Source of the DNA: Bacteriovoracaceae bacterium
GTDB lineage: Bacteria > Bdellovibrionota > Bacteriovoracia > Bacteriovoracales > Bacteriovoracaceae
Assembly: GCA_018649885.1 (NCBI GenBank)
Contig: JABIHA010000122.1
Coordinates: forward strand, 1 to 64,000
Length of the DNA stretch: 64,000 nt
Direction of reading: 5' to 3'
Position 1 is the stretch's first letter; the number at the start of each line of letters is the position of its first letter. The translations under genes and the position numbers were made by a program. Under the pieces are notes generated by a model, which saw nothing but the letters and a program-made list of their open reading frames with translations, searched no databases and was not told the DNA's origin. Positions 20,066 through 29,842 of the stretch are shown in pieces.

Positions 20066-21928
20066 TTAACGTCCTAATAAATCATCAATTTCTTTAATTT
20101 TTATATCAAAAACATGCTCTTTTTCATAAAGATCATCACCGAGCTGCTCCAGCTGTTCAAACAAACCACCAATTTCGATTTGAATCCTACCAATTTTCTG
20201 AGATAGCTCACTAATTTTAGCTCCATCGCTCTCAGTCGAGGCCACTTCTAATTTTTGATTAAACTGCTCCATCTCTTCTTCTAAATTACATATTTTATCT
20301 TCAATTTTTCCAATTTTTTGTTTCAATTCTTTGCAACTGAGGTTTTTTTCTTTTACAGCGTCAGCCCGACTCTTTTTTAGCTCTTTAGAGTTAACTGTAG
20401 GTTTTGGAATATCTTTTACATCAAGGTGTAGATCTTCTTCCTCTTCCCAACCCCATTTACTCAAAAACTCTTGATAAGTTCCTTCAAAAAGTTCAGCTCG
20501 TCCGCGGTGAAAAACAATTAAGCTACTGCAAAGTGTACTCAGCATCTTTTCATTGTGAGTAACAATGATAGCGCTTCCTTCAAATTTTTTTATCCCACCC
20601 GTAAGCGCCTCAACTGATTCTTGATCCAAGTGATTTGATGGCTCATCTAAAAGGAGTAGGTTTGTAGAGCTCACAAGGATCTTCCCTAAGAGCACTCTTG
20701 CTCTTTCTCCTCCCGATAAAACCTCAATCTTTTTTGCAGCATCATCACCCGAGAACATCATGGTTCCACATATATCCCTAACTGCTTTAGGGCCCATTGC
20801 TGGTCCCCCTGCTGTAGAAATTTCTTCAGTTACAGTATGCGGTCCAAATAAACGGTCAATATTGGTCTGTCCAAAATAGCCAATTTTTGTAGAGGGGTGA
20901 TACCACATTTCCCCACTTTGAGCTTTCAACTCACCTGCGATTACTTTTAAAAGAGTTGATTTCCCTTTTCCATTCTTACCTATGATTCCAATTTTCTCAC
21001 CTCGTTTAAGTGAGAATTTTAAATCCTTAAATAGGGGTTGGTTTTCATCATAGCCAAAACGAAGCTCGCTTGCTTTGCAAATCACTTTTCCTGGACAATC
21101 TCTATAGGAAAATGAAAAGTTGAGAACCTTTTCATTTTCGAGGCCATCCATCACTTCCATTTTTGCCAGCATTTTTTTTCTTGAATCGGCAAGAGAAGCC
21201 TGTCTGGCCTTGGCCCTAAACTTATCAATAAATTTTTGGGTTTCTTTTATTTTCTTTTCTTGGTTGAGTCTTGTTTTTTCATAAATTTCGTCTTCTTCAA
21301 GCAAATTATTGTAATAGTTTTCAGTATTACCTTTGTATACTCTCAGCTTTCTCCTACAAATCCCCATAACAGAGTCGCAAACATCGTCCATAAAAAAGCG
21401 ATCATGCGTGACCAGCATAACCTCCCCTTTAAAATCCTTGAGAAATCTTTTAAGCCACCTCATAGAAATAATATCTAGATAGTTTGTAGGTTCATCGAGA
21501 AGCAAAAGATCTGGGTTTTGGGCCAAAACCTTACAAAGGTTTATCCGTATTTGATAACCTCCAGAAAAATCTTCTGGTGCTCTACTAAAGTCTTCTTTAG
21601 TAAAACCTAATCCCATTAATATTTTTTCAACTTTATAGTGATCGTATTTTTGATCCTCAGGAAGTGCTTGTACACACTCTTCTAAAACTGTGGGTTTGGT
21701 CATGTGGATATGCTGAGTAAGATGGCCCAGGCGATATCCTTTTGGAGTTGTCATTTTTCCGCCGTCAGAGCGCTCAATCCCTTTAAGAATCTTAAAAAGG
21801 GTTGATTTCCCAGATCCATTTCTCCCCACCAGACCAATTTTCTGTCCAGCAGACAAAGCAAAAGTCACATCATCAAAAATGACCCTATCACCATAACTTT
21901 TTCTCAAATCAAAAACACTTAGCATCAT
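20066..21928 (-). CDS. ABC-F family ATPase with C-terminal coiled coil
   Basis: Two NBDs (GRNGSGKST, GKNGKGKST; LLLDEPTN, LLLDEPSN); no TM segments; start trimmed to MMLSV. Confidence 0.92.
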   Translation of the reverse strand: MMLSVFDLRKSYGDRVIFDDVTFALSAGQKIGLVGRNGSGKSTLFKILKGIERSDGGKMTTPKGYRLGHLTQHIHMTKPTVLEECVQALPEDQKYDHYKVEKILMGLGFTKEDFSRAPEDFSGGYQIRINLCKVLAQNPDLLLLDEPTNYLDIISMRWLKRFLKDFKGEVMLVTHDRFFMDDVCDSVMGICRRKLRVYKGNTENYYNNLLEEDEIYEKTRLNQEKKIKETQKFIDKFRAKARQASLADSRKKMLAKMEVMDGLENEKVLNFSFSYRDCPGKVICKASELRFGYDENQPLFKDLKFSLKRGEKIGIIGKNGKGKSTLLKVIAGELKAQSGEMWYHPSTKIGYFGQTNIDRLFGPHTVTEEISTAGGPAMGPKAVRDICGTMMFSGDDAAKKIEVLSGGERARVLLGKILVSSTNLLLLDEPSNHLDQESVEALTGGIKKFEGSAIIVTHNEKMLSTLCSSLIVFHRGRAELFEGTYQEFLSKWGWEEEEDLHLDVKDIPKPTVNSKELKKSRADAVKEKNLSCKELKQKIGKIEDKICNLEEEMEQFNQKLEVASTESDGAKISELSQKIGRIQIEIGGLFEQLEQLGDDLYEKEHVFDIKIKEIDDLLGR

Positions 21929-22108
21929 AGTAGAGTATATAATATGCTTTTGCGTGTCAAAGTCGCTTTTATGCGTCATGAAAGTCACAATTTTGTGAAC
22001 CACCTTTTTAGTAAACTGCACAAAAAACGTTCCATTCATTTGAAGCATCACATTTTTGTGATTAGACTACCGCCAATTAAATATTCATTAACCACAATGG
22101 AGTCTCGC

Positions 22109-23839
22109 ATGAAATTTGCTGTTCTGTTTCTTGGCCTTCTTTCTACTCATTTATTTGCCGGTAAAATTCATCAAATTGAGCTTGCTGCTAGCAAGTCTTG
22201 TGTTTTAGTCGAGGACTCAGGAGTAAAAACCTTAGAGTGTGTGGGAAAAAAAATAGCCCTTCCAAGTGGCTTTGAGCCAAACCTTTTCTCAGTCGGAAAA
22301 GATCACGTTTGTATGGCCGATAGTAAAAAAATAAAGTGTGTGGGAAATATTGCCATAGAAAAAGATATTGCTGGAATAAAAATACTTAAATCAGGTAGAG
22401 ACACTGTTTGTTATTCATCTGGAGCTGGACTCGTTTGCCAAGGGGTAGGAGTCGCCACTTTACTGACCCCTCCGGCCACGAAAAATCCACAAGATGTCAT
22501 CGTAGGTAAATCACACGCCTGTGTTGTTGATGAAGTAGCCCCTTCGAGAAATGAACTGCTTTGCTGGGGATCAAATAAGTTTGGAAAAACGGATGTCCCC
22601 AATACTTTGATTAATCCATTACACGTCTCTGTTGGTGACGAGTTTACTTGTGTGCTAGACAAGGTCTCAAAAAATCAGAACAAGGTCATCTGCTTCGGGA
22701 AAAGTAGAGGAAATAGAACTAATGTCCCGGCGTTAGTCCATCCCCAAACGATCCTCAGTGGAAAAGGCTTTAGCTGCTCCATTGATCTCTTAAATTATTG
22801 GGGTGAAACGGAGCTTAAGTGCTGGGGACAGCTAGGTGATCTCGACGGTAATATCCTTATTACCAATCCACTACTTGCAAGATCCAGCTTCTTTCATCTA
22901 TGCGCCTACTCTAAAGTAGATGGGCTTATGTGCTTTGGTACAAACATCAGTGGGGAAACCAATTTAAGCTATGAAATGCAAACAGCAGAAATTGCAAAAA
23001 GTTTGTTAGTCGTCAGTAATGAGCTAAAAGTTCCCTCAAGTGACGCCCTTGCAACCGGCTACTCACATGCATGTGCCATTACCTTCGATAAAAAAATTAC
23101 CTGCTGGGGTAAAGACTACTCTAGTCAAACAGTAGTCCCTAAAGGAATTGTAGATCCTGTGCAAGTGGTGGCCGGAGCCGAGCACACATGTGCACTCCAT
23201 CAAAACAAAGTGACCTGCTGGGGAGATAATTACTTCGGTCAAAGAAGTGTTCCCGCGCTCGCAAACCCTGTGAAGCTTTCATCTACATACGACTCACATA
23301 CTTGCGCCATACTAAAAGACGGTAGTGTTAAGTGTTGGGGAAAAGACGGTGATGGACAAGTAAGTAAAATTCCCGCACTAAAGCTTCCCGTCAAAGAAGT
23401 TACTGCAGGAGTAAACTACACTTGTGCTCTCGACCAAGAGGGCGTTAAGTGCTGGGGTGGCAGTGGAATGGCAAAAACAAAAGTTCCACCAATGGATAAA
23501 GTCATAAAAATCAAGGCTGGCTGGTCACACACATGTGCCCTTCACAGAAAAGGCATCACCTGCTGGGGTGACAATTACTACGGACAAAGTACTGTCCCAC
23601 CACTTACAAACCCCATTTCACTGGGCGTTGGTGGCACCTATAACTGTGCCCAAACAAAGACTGAAACAAAGTGTTGGGGCCATAAAGGATACAACACATT
23701 AAGCACTCCCAAATTTAGTGATCTAAAATATTTCTCACTTGGTGGAAATTTTGCCTGCGCTCAAGATGGCATCAAAGTTAAATGCTGGGGAAGAAATGAA
23801 TTCAAACAATCGGAAGTACCAGTAGGTCTTAAGCTATAA
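22109..23839 (+). CDS. Secreted RCC1/BLIP-II repeat beta-propeller protein (paralog 1)
   Basis: Signal peptide MKFAVLFLGLLSTHLFA after GGAG; repeats G..HTCA...VxCWG.N..GQ..VP. Confidence 0.88.
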   Translation: MKFAVLFLGLLSTHLFAGKIHQIELAASKSCVLVEDSGVKTLECVGKKIALPSGFEPNLFSVGKDHVCMADSKKIKCVGNIAIEKDIAGIKILKSGRDTVCYSSGAGLVCQGVGVATLLTPPATKNPQDVIVGKSHACVVDEVAPSRNELLCWGSNKFGKTDVPNTLINPLHVSVGDEFTCVLDKVSKNQNKVICFGKSRGNRTNVPALVHPQTILSGKGFSCSIDLLNYWGETELKCWGQLGDLDGNILITNPLLARSSFFHLCAYSKVDGLMCFGTNISGETNLSYEMQTAEIAKSLLVVSNELKVPSSDALATGYSHACAITFDKKITCWGKDYSSQTVVPKGIVDPVQVVAGAEHTCALHQNKVTCWGDNYFGQRSVPALANPVKLSSTYDSHTCAILKDGSVKCWGKDGDGQVSKIPALKLPVKEVTAGVNYTCALDQEGVKCWGGSGMAKTKVPPMDKVIKIKAGWSHTCALHRKGITCWGDNYYGQSTVPPLTNPISLGVGGTYNCAQTKTETKCWGHKGYNTLSTPKFSDLKYFSLGGNFACAQDGIKVKCWGRNEFKQSEVPVGLKL

Positions 23840-23841
23840 TT

Positions 23842-25188
23842 TTATTTTAGCTCCACCACTTCGATCGCTGTAAAAGGATTGGTCTGTCTGTGGTGGAGTA
23901 TCCATTTTTCGCTTAAGCATGAATGGCCTCCAACTCCCCAACCTTCTCCCCAACTATTGGCGACAATAAAACAAAGCTTTCCCTCTTTTTGGTGAAGCTC
24001 TGGTGGCAGAGTCATATAACCTACAAAGAGATAAGAGTGCCCCCCGGAGTGGGAATTTAGTTTGATATCTCCTTGATCTTTTTCACTTAGTAAAACGAGG
24101 CCTTCATTTCTATAAAACCTTTTAGAAAGTCTGGATCCTGCAATCACTGGCCTATTTTGATCTAGACTCTTTATAACTTCATCAAGTGTTTTTAAGTAGT
24201 GAAACTTTTTTGCACGTGCCAATCCATTGGAACAATTTGACTTCAAAGGAATTTGAGTCTCATTACCAGAAACCTTACTTTTCACATAGGGACACTGGGA
24301 CTCTGTGGGAATCCACTTTGAACTATTGTCTCTTGTATACTCTAATCCGTACCCCACCCATGAACCAGATGTGGTACACTTTGAATCCCGACAATCAGGC
24401 TTACTCGCCCAATAAAAATATTGCTCCGACAAATCAAGACTTCTACCATAAGAGTGAAGCAAAATTTCCATCGCCCTAACTCCAGCAAAAGAGCTACAAG
24501 TTGCCCGCTGAGCTTGGTCTCTTATGGGAACACTCATGGCAGAGGGAATCAGGTGATATTGTTTTTTTATGGGAGTTTCGACTACCTTGGTAATATATCT
24601 AGGGGCAACGGCCAGCTCACTTGGTACTTCTACTCGTTCAAGTGTTTCACTATAACCAGATGCTCTTTTGTTAAATTCCTCGCTTTCTTTTTTCCACTTC
24701 TCAATGGTTGAAAAGTACTCTTTTTTAACTTCTGTGATCCACTTTTGTTTTAGCTGGTAGGTTTCTTCCCATCCCCTATCCGCCTCTTCTTTCATTTCGG
24801 CCATGGCGCTCTCATAGGGATTTAGACCATCCATCTTCTTTTGTTTCGCTCTTAATTTTTTTAATTTTGCTCTATTTTGCGCCAGCTGCAATTGTACCTT
24901 CTCAGCACCACTTAGTTTTTCTTTGGAGCCGTATTTTTTTGCAATTTGGGCCCGCACTTTTTCCTTTTGGGCCTCTACAATCTTCTCGCCCCGCGATTTC
25001 CCACCAACTCTTTGGGTGGTGGAAACTCTCATCGTTTTACTGTCAACACGCGATAGAATCTGTTCCCAAATCATATTCACTACTAGCTGGGATTTTGCAG
25101 ATGTTTCAGAACTTCCGGCCATCTGTGGCTTAACAACTTGGCCTGAATGCAAAGTTAAAGGGAGAAGTAAAAATAAAATAGTTTTCAT
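23842..25188 (-). CDS. Secreted papain-family (C1A) cysteine peptidase with coiled-coil N-terminal region
   Basis: RDQAQRATCSSFA (Gln/Cys), LSEQY, GGHSY (His), ANSWGEGWG (Asn); signal peptide MKTILFLLLPLTLHS. Confidence 0.88.
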   Translation of the reverse strand: MKTILFLLLPLTLHSGQVVKPQMAGSSETSAKSQLVVNMIWEQILSRVDSKTMRVSTTQRVGGKSRGEKIVEAQKEKVRAQIAKKYGSKEKLSGAEKVQLQLAQNRAKLKKLRAKQKKMDGLNPYESAMAEMKEEADRGWEETYQLKQKWITEVKKEYFSTIEKWKKESEEFNKRASGYSETLERVEVPSELAVAPRYITKVVETPIKKQYHLIPSAMSVPIRDQAQRATCSSFAGVRAMEILLHSYGRSLDLSEQYFYWASKPDCRDSKCTTSGSWVGYGLEYTRDNSSKWIPTESQCPYVKSKVSGNETQIPLKSNCSNGLARAKKFHYLKTLDEVIKSLDQNRPVIAGSRLSKRFYRNEGLVLLSEKDQGDIKLNSHSGGHSYLFVGYMTLPPELHQKEGKLCFIVANSWGEGWGVGGHSCLSEKWILHHRQTNPFTAIEVVELK

Positions 25189-25328
25189 GTATCTCATAAG
25201 TCCACTTATCATACATGAGCTCCTTCGCAATCTACAACTAACCGACTCCACAACTCGGGTACTCTCCATTTTTAAGATAAATCGTAAATAACCGAATATT
25301 TCTTGCGGTAAATAAAGAGAGAGATATA

Positions 25329-26276
25329 TTGAAATTGCTTATTATATTCACGATTCTCTATTCGCTTCAGCTAGAGGCTTCGGATCCTTACGATCAAACT
25401 CTTGGAGTATACGACAATTGCTCGCAGGCATTTGGCTACGCTGGTCTTTTTGCCAAACCTCCATATGGTAAGAGCCCAGAAAAGGCCATTGTTGAATATA
25501 ACGATCCTCCTATAAAAGAAAAAACTGTTTTTGATCTCCCAAATGGAAATAACCTATATTTGGCCAGCTTCCTTGATGCAGATCTCAGTGGTCATGGGGA
25601 CGCGAAAAAACTTATCTATTATGCGGACTTACAAGGTAGAAGAGCAGTAAAAAAAGGTGCATCAGCAATTTTTTTATTAAACTCATCAGGAAAGGTTATT
25701 GAGACAATTGGAGAACTTTCTGAATCTCAAATAAAGACAACAACTTCTCCAAGAACTAATGAATTATTCGATGCTATCAAAAGAACTCACTCAAAATTTA
25801 ATTTTGATGAAAATGGAATATGCAGTGTTCAAAGCGTAACTCATCACCGAGTGACTGGCCCATTTGCCACTAACACACCAAACCTGGCTTATAGTCCCAA
25901 ATTCTGTAGTGATCTAAAGGTGAAGCTTCTAGATCTCCTAGCAGGAATCCCTCAAAAATGGGAGAGCTGTAAAAAACTATTTGAAACTGATATTTCTAAA
26001 AAAATAAAAGAATTTTCACAAGCCTATCCTAATACAGATATCGCCAGAGTCTATGCTCCAATGGAAAAAATTAAAAAGTTTTCTGATCTTTACAATGATA
26101 TCATTTTTGAAAGAGAAGAAGGAGTTACAACATCTAGCACTACTGGAAGAGACACCACTCCAAGGTCTCCAGTTTCATACCATCAAAATTTTTGTCAACA
26201 TTTCTCACCTGGGACTCTTCATTTACCAAAAGTTACTCCTTTATCAGATATTCAAGGACCAGTAGTAGAAGAATAG
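25329..26276 (+). CDS. Secreted hypothetical protein
   Basis: Long ORF with signal peptide; TTG start after a purine-rich tract. Confidence 0.7.
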   Translation: MKLLIIFTILYSLQLEASDPYDQTLGVYDNCSQAFGYAGLFAKPPYGKSPEKAIVEYNDPPIKEKTVFDLPNGNNLYLASFLDADLSGHGDAKKLIYYADLQGRRAVKKGASAIFLLNSSGKVIETIGELSESQIKTTTSPRTNELFDAIKRTHSKFNFDENGICSVQSVTHHRVTGPFATNTPNLAYSPKFCSDLKVKLLDLLAGIPQKWESCKKLFETDISKKIKEFSQAYPNTDIARVYAPMEKIKKFSDLYNDIIFEREEGVTTSSTTGRDTTPRSPVSYHQNFCQHFSPGTLHLPKVTPLSDIQGPVVEE

Positions 26277-26308
26277 GGAAGAGGTTTCCCCCTTCCCCAG
26301 TCAAAAGA

Positions 26309-26821
26309 TTACTTCATTTCAGGTGAGTCAAAGTATGGCCAAAGAAGTGTTTGAGACTTCTGAGGGAGGGCCATTACGTCGGGGATCGCATATGTGTCCT
26401 TGCACTCATCAATGAGAATTAGCCCATTGTCGTTATATGAAGATGGATAGTCTTCAATGCCTGTAACAAATCGTCTTTTTCCAACTTGAGTTTCAACATT
26501 GTAAACTCGAAGTTCAAAACTTTCTTCAATTGAATAAACCTCTTTCACCTCAAAGACGAAGTCGTAAATAGAAAGCCCTGCAAGTAATGCTTTCGCCGAT
26601 GCAGGATCAAGGTCAGCAAGTTTTTCAACTAGATGAATTTCTTTTCCTTCTTCATCTCTAAGAGAGATAAAACTCTGAGTACTTAAGTGAGGAAATAGCC
26701 TCATTGGTCTCACTCGTTTTTTCACATTAGTTTTGTAAAAGAAGAGATCACCATTTATGTCCCAAAGAATTTTCACACTCTTTAAAAGAGGATCTTTTTC
26801 TACAAGTCTTAACTTTTCCAT
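26309..26821 (-). CDS. DUF1854-family protein
   Basis: RPMRLFP..FISLRDEEGKEI, VETQVGKRRF, LILID..YAIPD; directly downstream of the ABC transporter. Confidence 0.8.
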   Translation of the reverse strand: MEKLRLVEKDPLLKSVKILWDINGDLFFYKTNVKKRVRPMRLFPHLSTQSFISLRDEEGKEIHLVEKLADLDPASAKALLAGLSIYDFVFEVKEVYSIEESFELRVYNVETQVGKRRFVTGIEDYPSSYNDNGLILIDECKDTYAIPDVMALPQKSQTLLWPYFDSPEMK

Positions 26822-26835
26822 TAATTCCTCCTTTC

Positions 26836-29118
26836 CTATTGGATAATGGTTTCACTTACCCTGTGAGATTGCATCTCGATAAGTTTTGTGTAAAGGCCCT
26901 TCTTGTTCTCAAGAAGCTCCAAGTGGGTGCCATTTTCAACTAGCTTGCCATCGTCCATCACAAGAATTCGGTCAGCATTTTTTAGCGTTGAAAGTCTGTG
27001 AGCAATGGCAAAAACAGTTCGTCCTCTGCTCAATCGATCCAAGGCTTCCTGGATCTTTTTTTCAGTCTTGGTATCAACACTACTTGTCGCCTCATCTAGG
27101 ATCAAAACTTTAGGGTCCATTAAAACTGCTCTTGCAATAGAAACCCTCTGTCTCTCTCCACCAGAAAGCGTTTGTCCACGCTCACCGATCATTGTCTCGT
27201 AACCCTGCGGGAGCTTACTGATAAATTCATGACAGTTAGCTGCTTTAGAAGCGGCCACAATTTCTTCAAAAGTGGCACCTTCTTTACCGTAACTGATATT
27301 GCTCATCATAGTGCCGTGAAAAAGGTAAGGGTCTTGCAAAACCATTCCCACTTGTCTTCTGTATGATTTAATATCAAGCTCTTTCAAAGGGTAACCATCA
27401 ATTAAGATCTCACCACTAGTAACTTCCCAAAACCGGCAAAGAAGCTGCATCAAAGTTGATTTACCTGCACCAGAGTAACCTACAATTCCAATCATCTCTC
27501 CAGGTCTGACGCTAAAAGAGATATTTTTTAGAACCTGGCTAACACCATTGTAGCTAAACCCCACATCTTCAAAGTCGACTCTCCCTACTAGAGGGTTAAG
27601 AGCGACGCCACCTTTTTGTTCTTTTAACTTAGCTGTAGCATCTAAAACTTCAAAAATTCTGTGGGCCGAGCTAGTAGCACGGTTGACCATTCTGGCTATT
27701 TGCCCAATAACTTCAATTGGTGCTTGAAACATTGTCATATACAAAACAAAGCTTACAAAAACACCTGCAGTAAGAGCTGCGTCTCCACTACTTAATAGTC
27801 TTGGCATGGCAAAGGCCCACACTAAAAAGACTAGGAAGTGAAATGAGAACATTAAAAGTGGCCAAAACTTAGTCCAAGTTTCGTGAACCTGGTTGAAGTA
27901 CGTCGCCATATTCTCATTTATTTTTAAAAACCGCTCTTTTTCTTCATCTTCTTTAGAGAAGGCCTTTACTACTCTAATTCCAGGAATGGTGTCGGACAAA
28001 ACAGCTGTCATGCTAGACCACTTCCTAAAACATTTTGTAAAAATCACCTTCAACTTTTCCCCGTGCGAATAAATCGCATAGAGAAATAGTGGTACTGGCA
28101 GTGATATGAGTAGTCCCAGTTTAAAATCCAAATGAATCAAAACTGCAGATATCCCCAATAGCTGAATTAGTGAAACACCAACTTCAACAACACCAAATGC
28201 CACGAAGTCCCAAAGACGGTCACTATCACTACTGACCCTACTTATCAGACTTCCTGTTGGGTTACTGCCAAAGTAATCTAGATCCATTTCTTGCAGATGA
28301 TCATAGGTCTGAGTACGCAAATCTCTTGCAACCCATTCACCTATGATTGACATAAATCTAAGTCTCATCCATACAAAAAATTCTCGAATGGCAAATGTCA
28401 AAATAAGCCCTACCAAAAGTATCACTCCTAGAGAGCGAGCTTTTTCAAATGTAAGCACTCCACCTTGAAAAGGTTTAATGACATCATCGATCAAATACCC
28501 AGTTAAATAGGGCGGCACCAGTTGAAAGACAGTCATAAAGACTGCTCCTACAGCACCCCAGGCCATCTCTTTTTTATAGGGTTTTAAATAACCTAAAAGC
28601 CTAAACACAACTGATGACTGAGTATCTGTCTTGGATCCATATTGCTCGTATAATTTTTCGCAAAGTGAGTCAGCGTAAACTGAATCAGCGTCCTTGGCCC
28701 AACTAAGGCCTTCAATATTTGGTCTTTCAGCAAGACTCTTTAAGTTAGAAAACCCTTCTCTTTGCCTATTTGAAAAATAAGCATTGAAAACAACGTCTCC
28801 TAGCTCATCTCTAACGCTAAATCTCCCAAGAGATCTGCCGTTATCTAGAACTATCTTAAACTTGGGATCGACTTTTACACTTTGTACAAGGCGAGCTCTG
28901 CCTGTGAAATCCACTTCCACATTAAAAAGCTCTCCCTCTCCAAGTACAACCCAACTTAAACCGCTAGTGGGACCATCTGGACTCCACTTCAAGTCACTGT
29001 AGGCATAAGCCAAAACCTTTGAGACACCGTGCTCTCTAAAAAGAAAGCTTGCCACCTCAGCGCCAAGCTTTCCTTCTTGACCAAAATATTTTTTAATAAA
29101 TGCACTTTGCGTATTCAT
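26836..29118 (-). CDS. ABC exporter (TMD+NBD fused) with ~170-aa N-terminal extension
   Basis: GYSGAGKST, LSGGERQR, ILDEATS, IAHRLST; 6-TM domain. Confidence 0.92.
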   Translation of the reverse strand: MNTQSAFIKKYFGQEGKLGAEVASFLFREHGVSKVLAYAYSDLKWSPDGPTSGLSWVVLGEGELFNVEVDFTGRARLVQSVKVDPKFKIVLDNGRSLGRFSVRDELGDVVFNAYFSNRQREGFSNLKSLAERPNIEGLSWAKDADSVYADSLCEKLYEQYGSKTDTQSSVVFRLLGYLKPYKKEMAWGAVGAVFMTVFQLVPPYLTGYLIDDVIKPFQGGVLTFEKARSLGVILLVGLILTFAIREFFVWMRLRFMSIIGEWVARDLRTQTYDHLQEMDLDYFGSNPTGSLISRVSSDSDRLWDFVAFGVVEVGVSLIQLLGISAVLIHLDFKLGLLISLPVPLFLYAIYSHGEKLKVIFTKCFRKWSSMTAVLSDTIPGIRVVKAFSKEDEEKERFLKINENMATYFNQVHETWTKFWPLLMFSFHFLVFLVWAFAMPRLLSSGDAALTAGVFVSFVLYMTMFQAPIEVIGQIARMVNRATSSAHRIFEVLDATAKLKEQKGGVALNPLVGRVDFEDVGFSYNGVSQVLKNISFSVRPGEMIGIVGYSGAGKSTLMQLLCRFWEVTSGEILIDGYPLKELDIKSYRRQVGMVLQDPYLFHGTMMSNISYGKEGATFEEIVAASKAANCHEFISKLPQGYETMIGERGQTLSGGERQRVSIARAVLMDPKVLILDEATSSVDTKTEKKIQEALDRLSRGRTVFAIAHRLSTLKNADRILVMDDGKLVENGTHLELLENKKGLYTKLIEMQSHRVSETIIQ

Positions 29119-29133
29119 AATCTACTCCTTTAA

Positions 29134-29352
29134 TTAATATGTGGTTTGTTTTAGCAAACTGGAGTAGAGAACTTGTCTTTGCTCATACTCTCGCTCGCTC
29201 CAATAATCTTTTTCTAAACTTCCGCCATACTCGATTTTTAATCTCATAATTTTGGCGGCGTACTTTTTAAGCCTTTTGAAAAATTTCATTTCACTCTCCT
29301 TCTTGTTCTGTGTTCTAAACTGCGTCACTGTTCTTACTGCTTGGTTGTACAT
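29134..29352 (-). CDS. Small basic hypothetical protein (alternative start 29289)
   Basis: AGGAGAG SD before both ATG 29352 and ATG 29289; ends 16 bp before the ABC gene. Confidence 0.6.
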   Translation of the reverse strand: MYNQAVRTVTQFRTQNKKESEMKFFKRLKKYAAKIMRLKIEYGGSLEKDYWSEREYEQRQVLYSSLLKQTTY

Positions 29353-29645
29353 ATGCTCTCCTATGGTTAATTTGGGTAAAGGAATCTCCCTGTACCCAGA
29401 TGTACATTTTCAAAAATCATTTCAATGTGTTTTACTTTTCTAAGTCAAAATCTGAGAACTAAGCTCATCTCTATCCCCTATATCTTTTGATTTCTTTTTC
29501 AAAATCTGTAAATTTGTAAAGTTCTGGGCGCTAGTAAGCTTTCAAAAACGTGACTAATTAAAAACTTAGTACTTGTTTGCCAAAACAACGCACGAGTGCA
29601 CCTTTTGGCGGTTTGGATTAGTAATGGTAACGATTGATTTGCTAG

Positions 29646-29726
29646 TTAATAGCAGGTTCTTGGATCAAAGGCCGCTAGAACACCAATCATGCCATCTACT
29701 TTTCTATTTAGATTATGAATGTCCAA
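29646..29726 (-). CDS. Putative 26-aa small peptide MDIHNLNRKVDGMIGVLAAFDPRTCY
   Basis: AGGAGG (29732-29737) 5 nt before a TTG start; TTGACA at 29792-29797 upstream. Confidence 0.5.
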   Translation of the reverse strand: MDIHNLNRKVDGMIGVLAAFDPRTCY

Positions 29727-29842
29727 CGCAACCTCCTAGTTTGAGGAATATTAAATTCTCATATAGTCGAATTTATCTCATTTTTAAATATTGTCAACCC
29801 TAAGGGCAAAAAAAACTTATTAAAAAAATATATTCTCTTTAA

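Noticed and set aside
20041..20066. Fluoride riboswitch before crcB
   Set aside because: Only ~24 bp intergenic and no consensus recognised
29573..29803. 76-aa + strand ORF
   Set aside because: No SD; the minus strand has better promoter and SD signals
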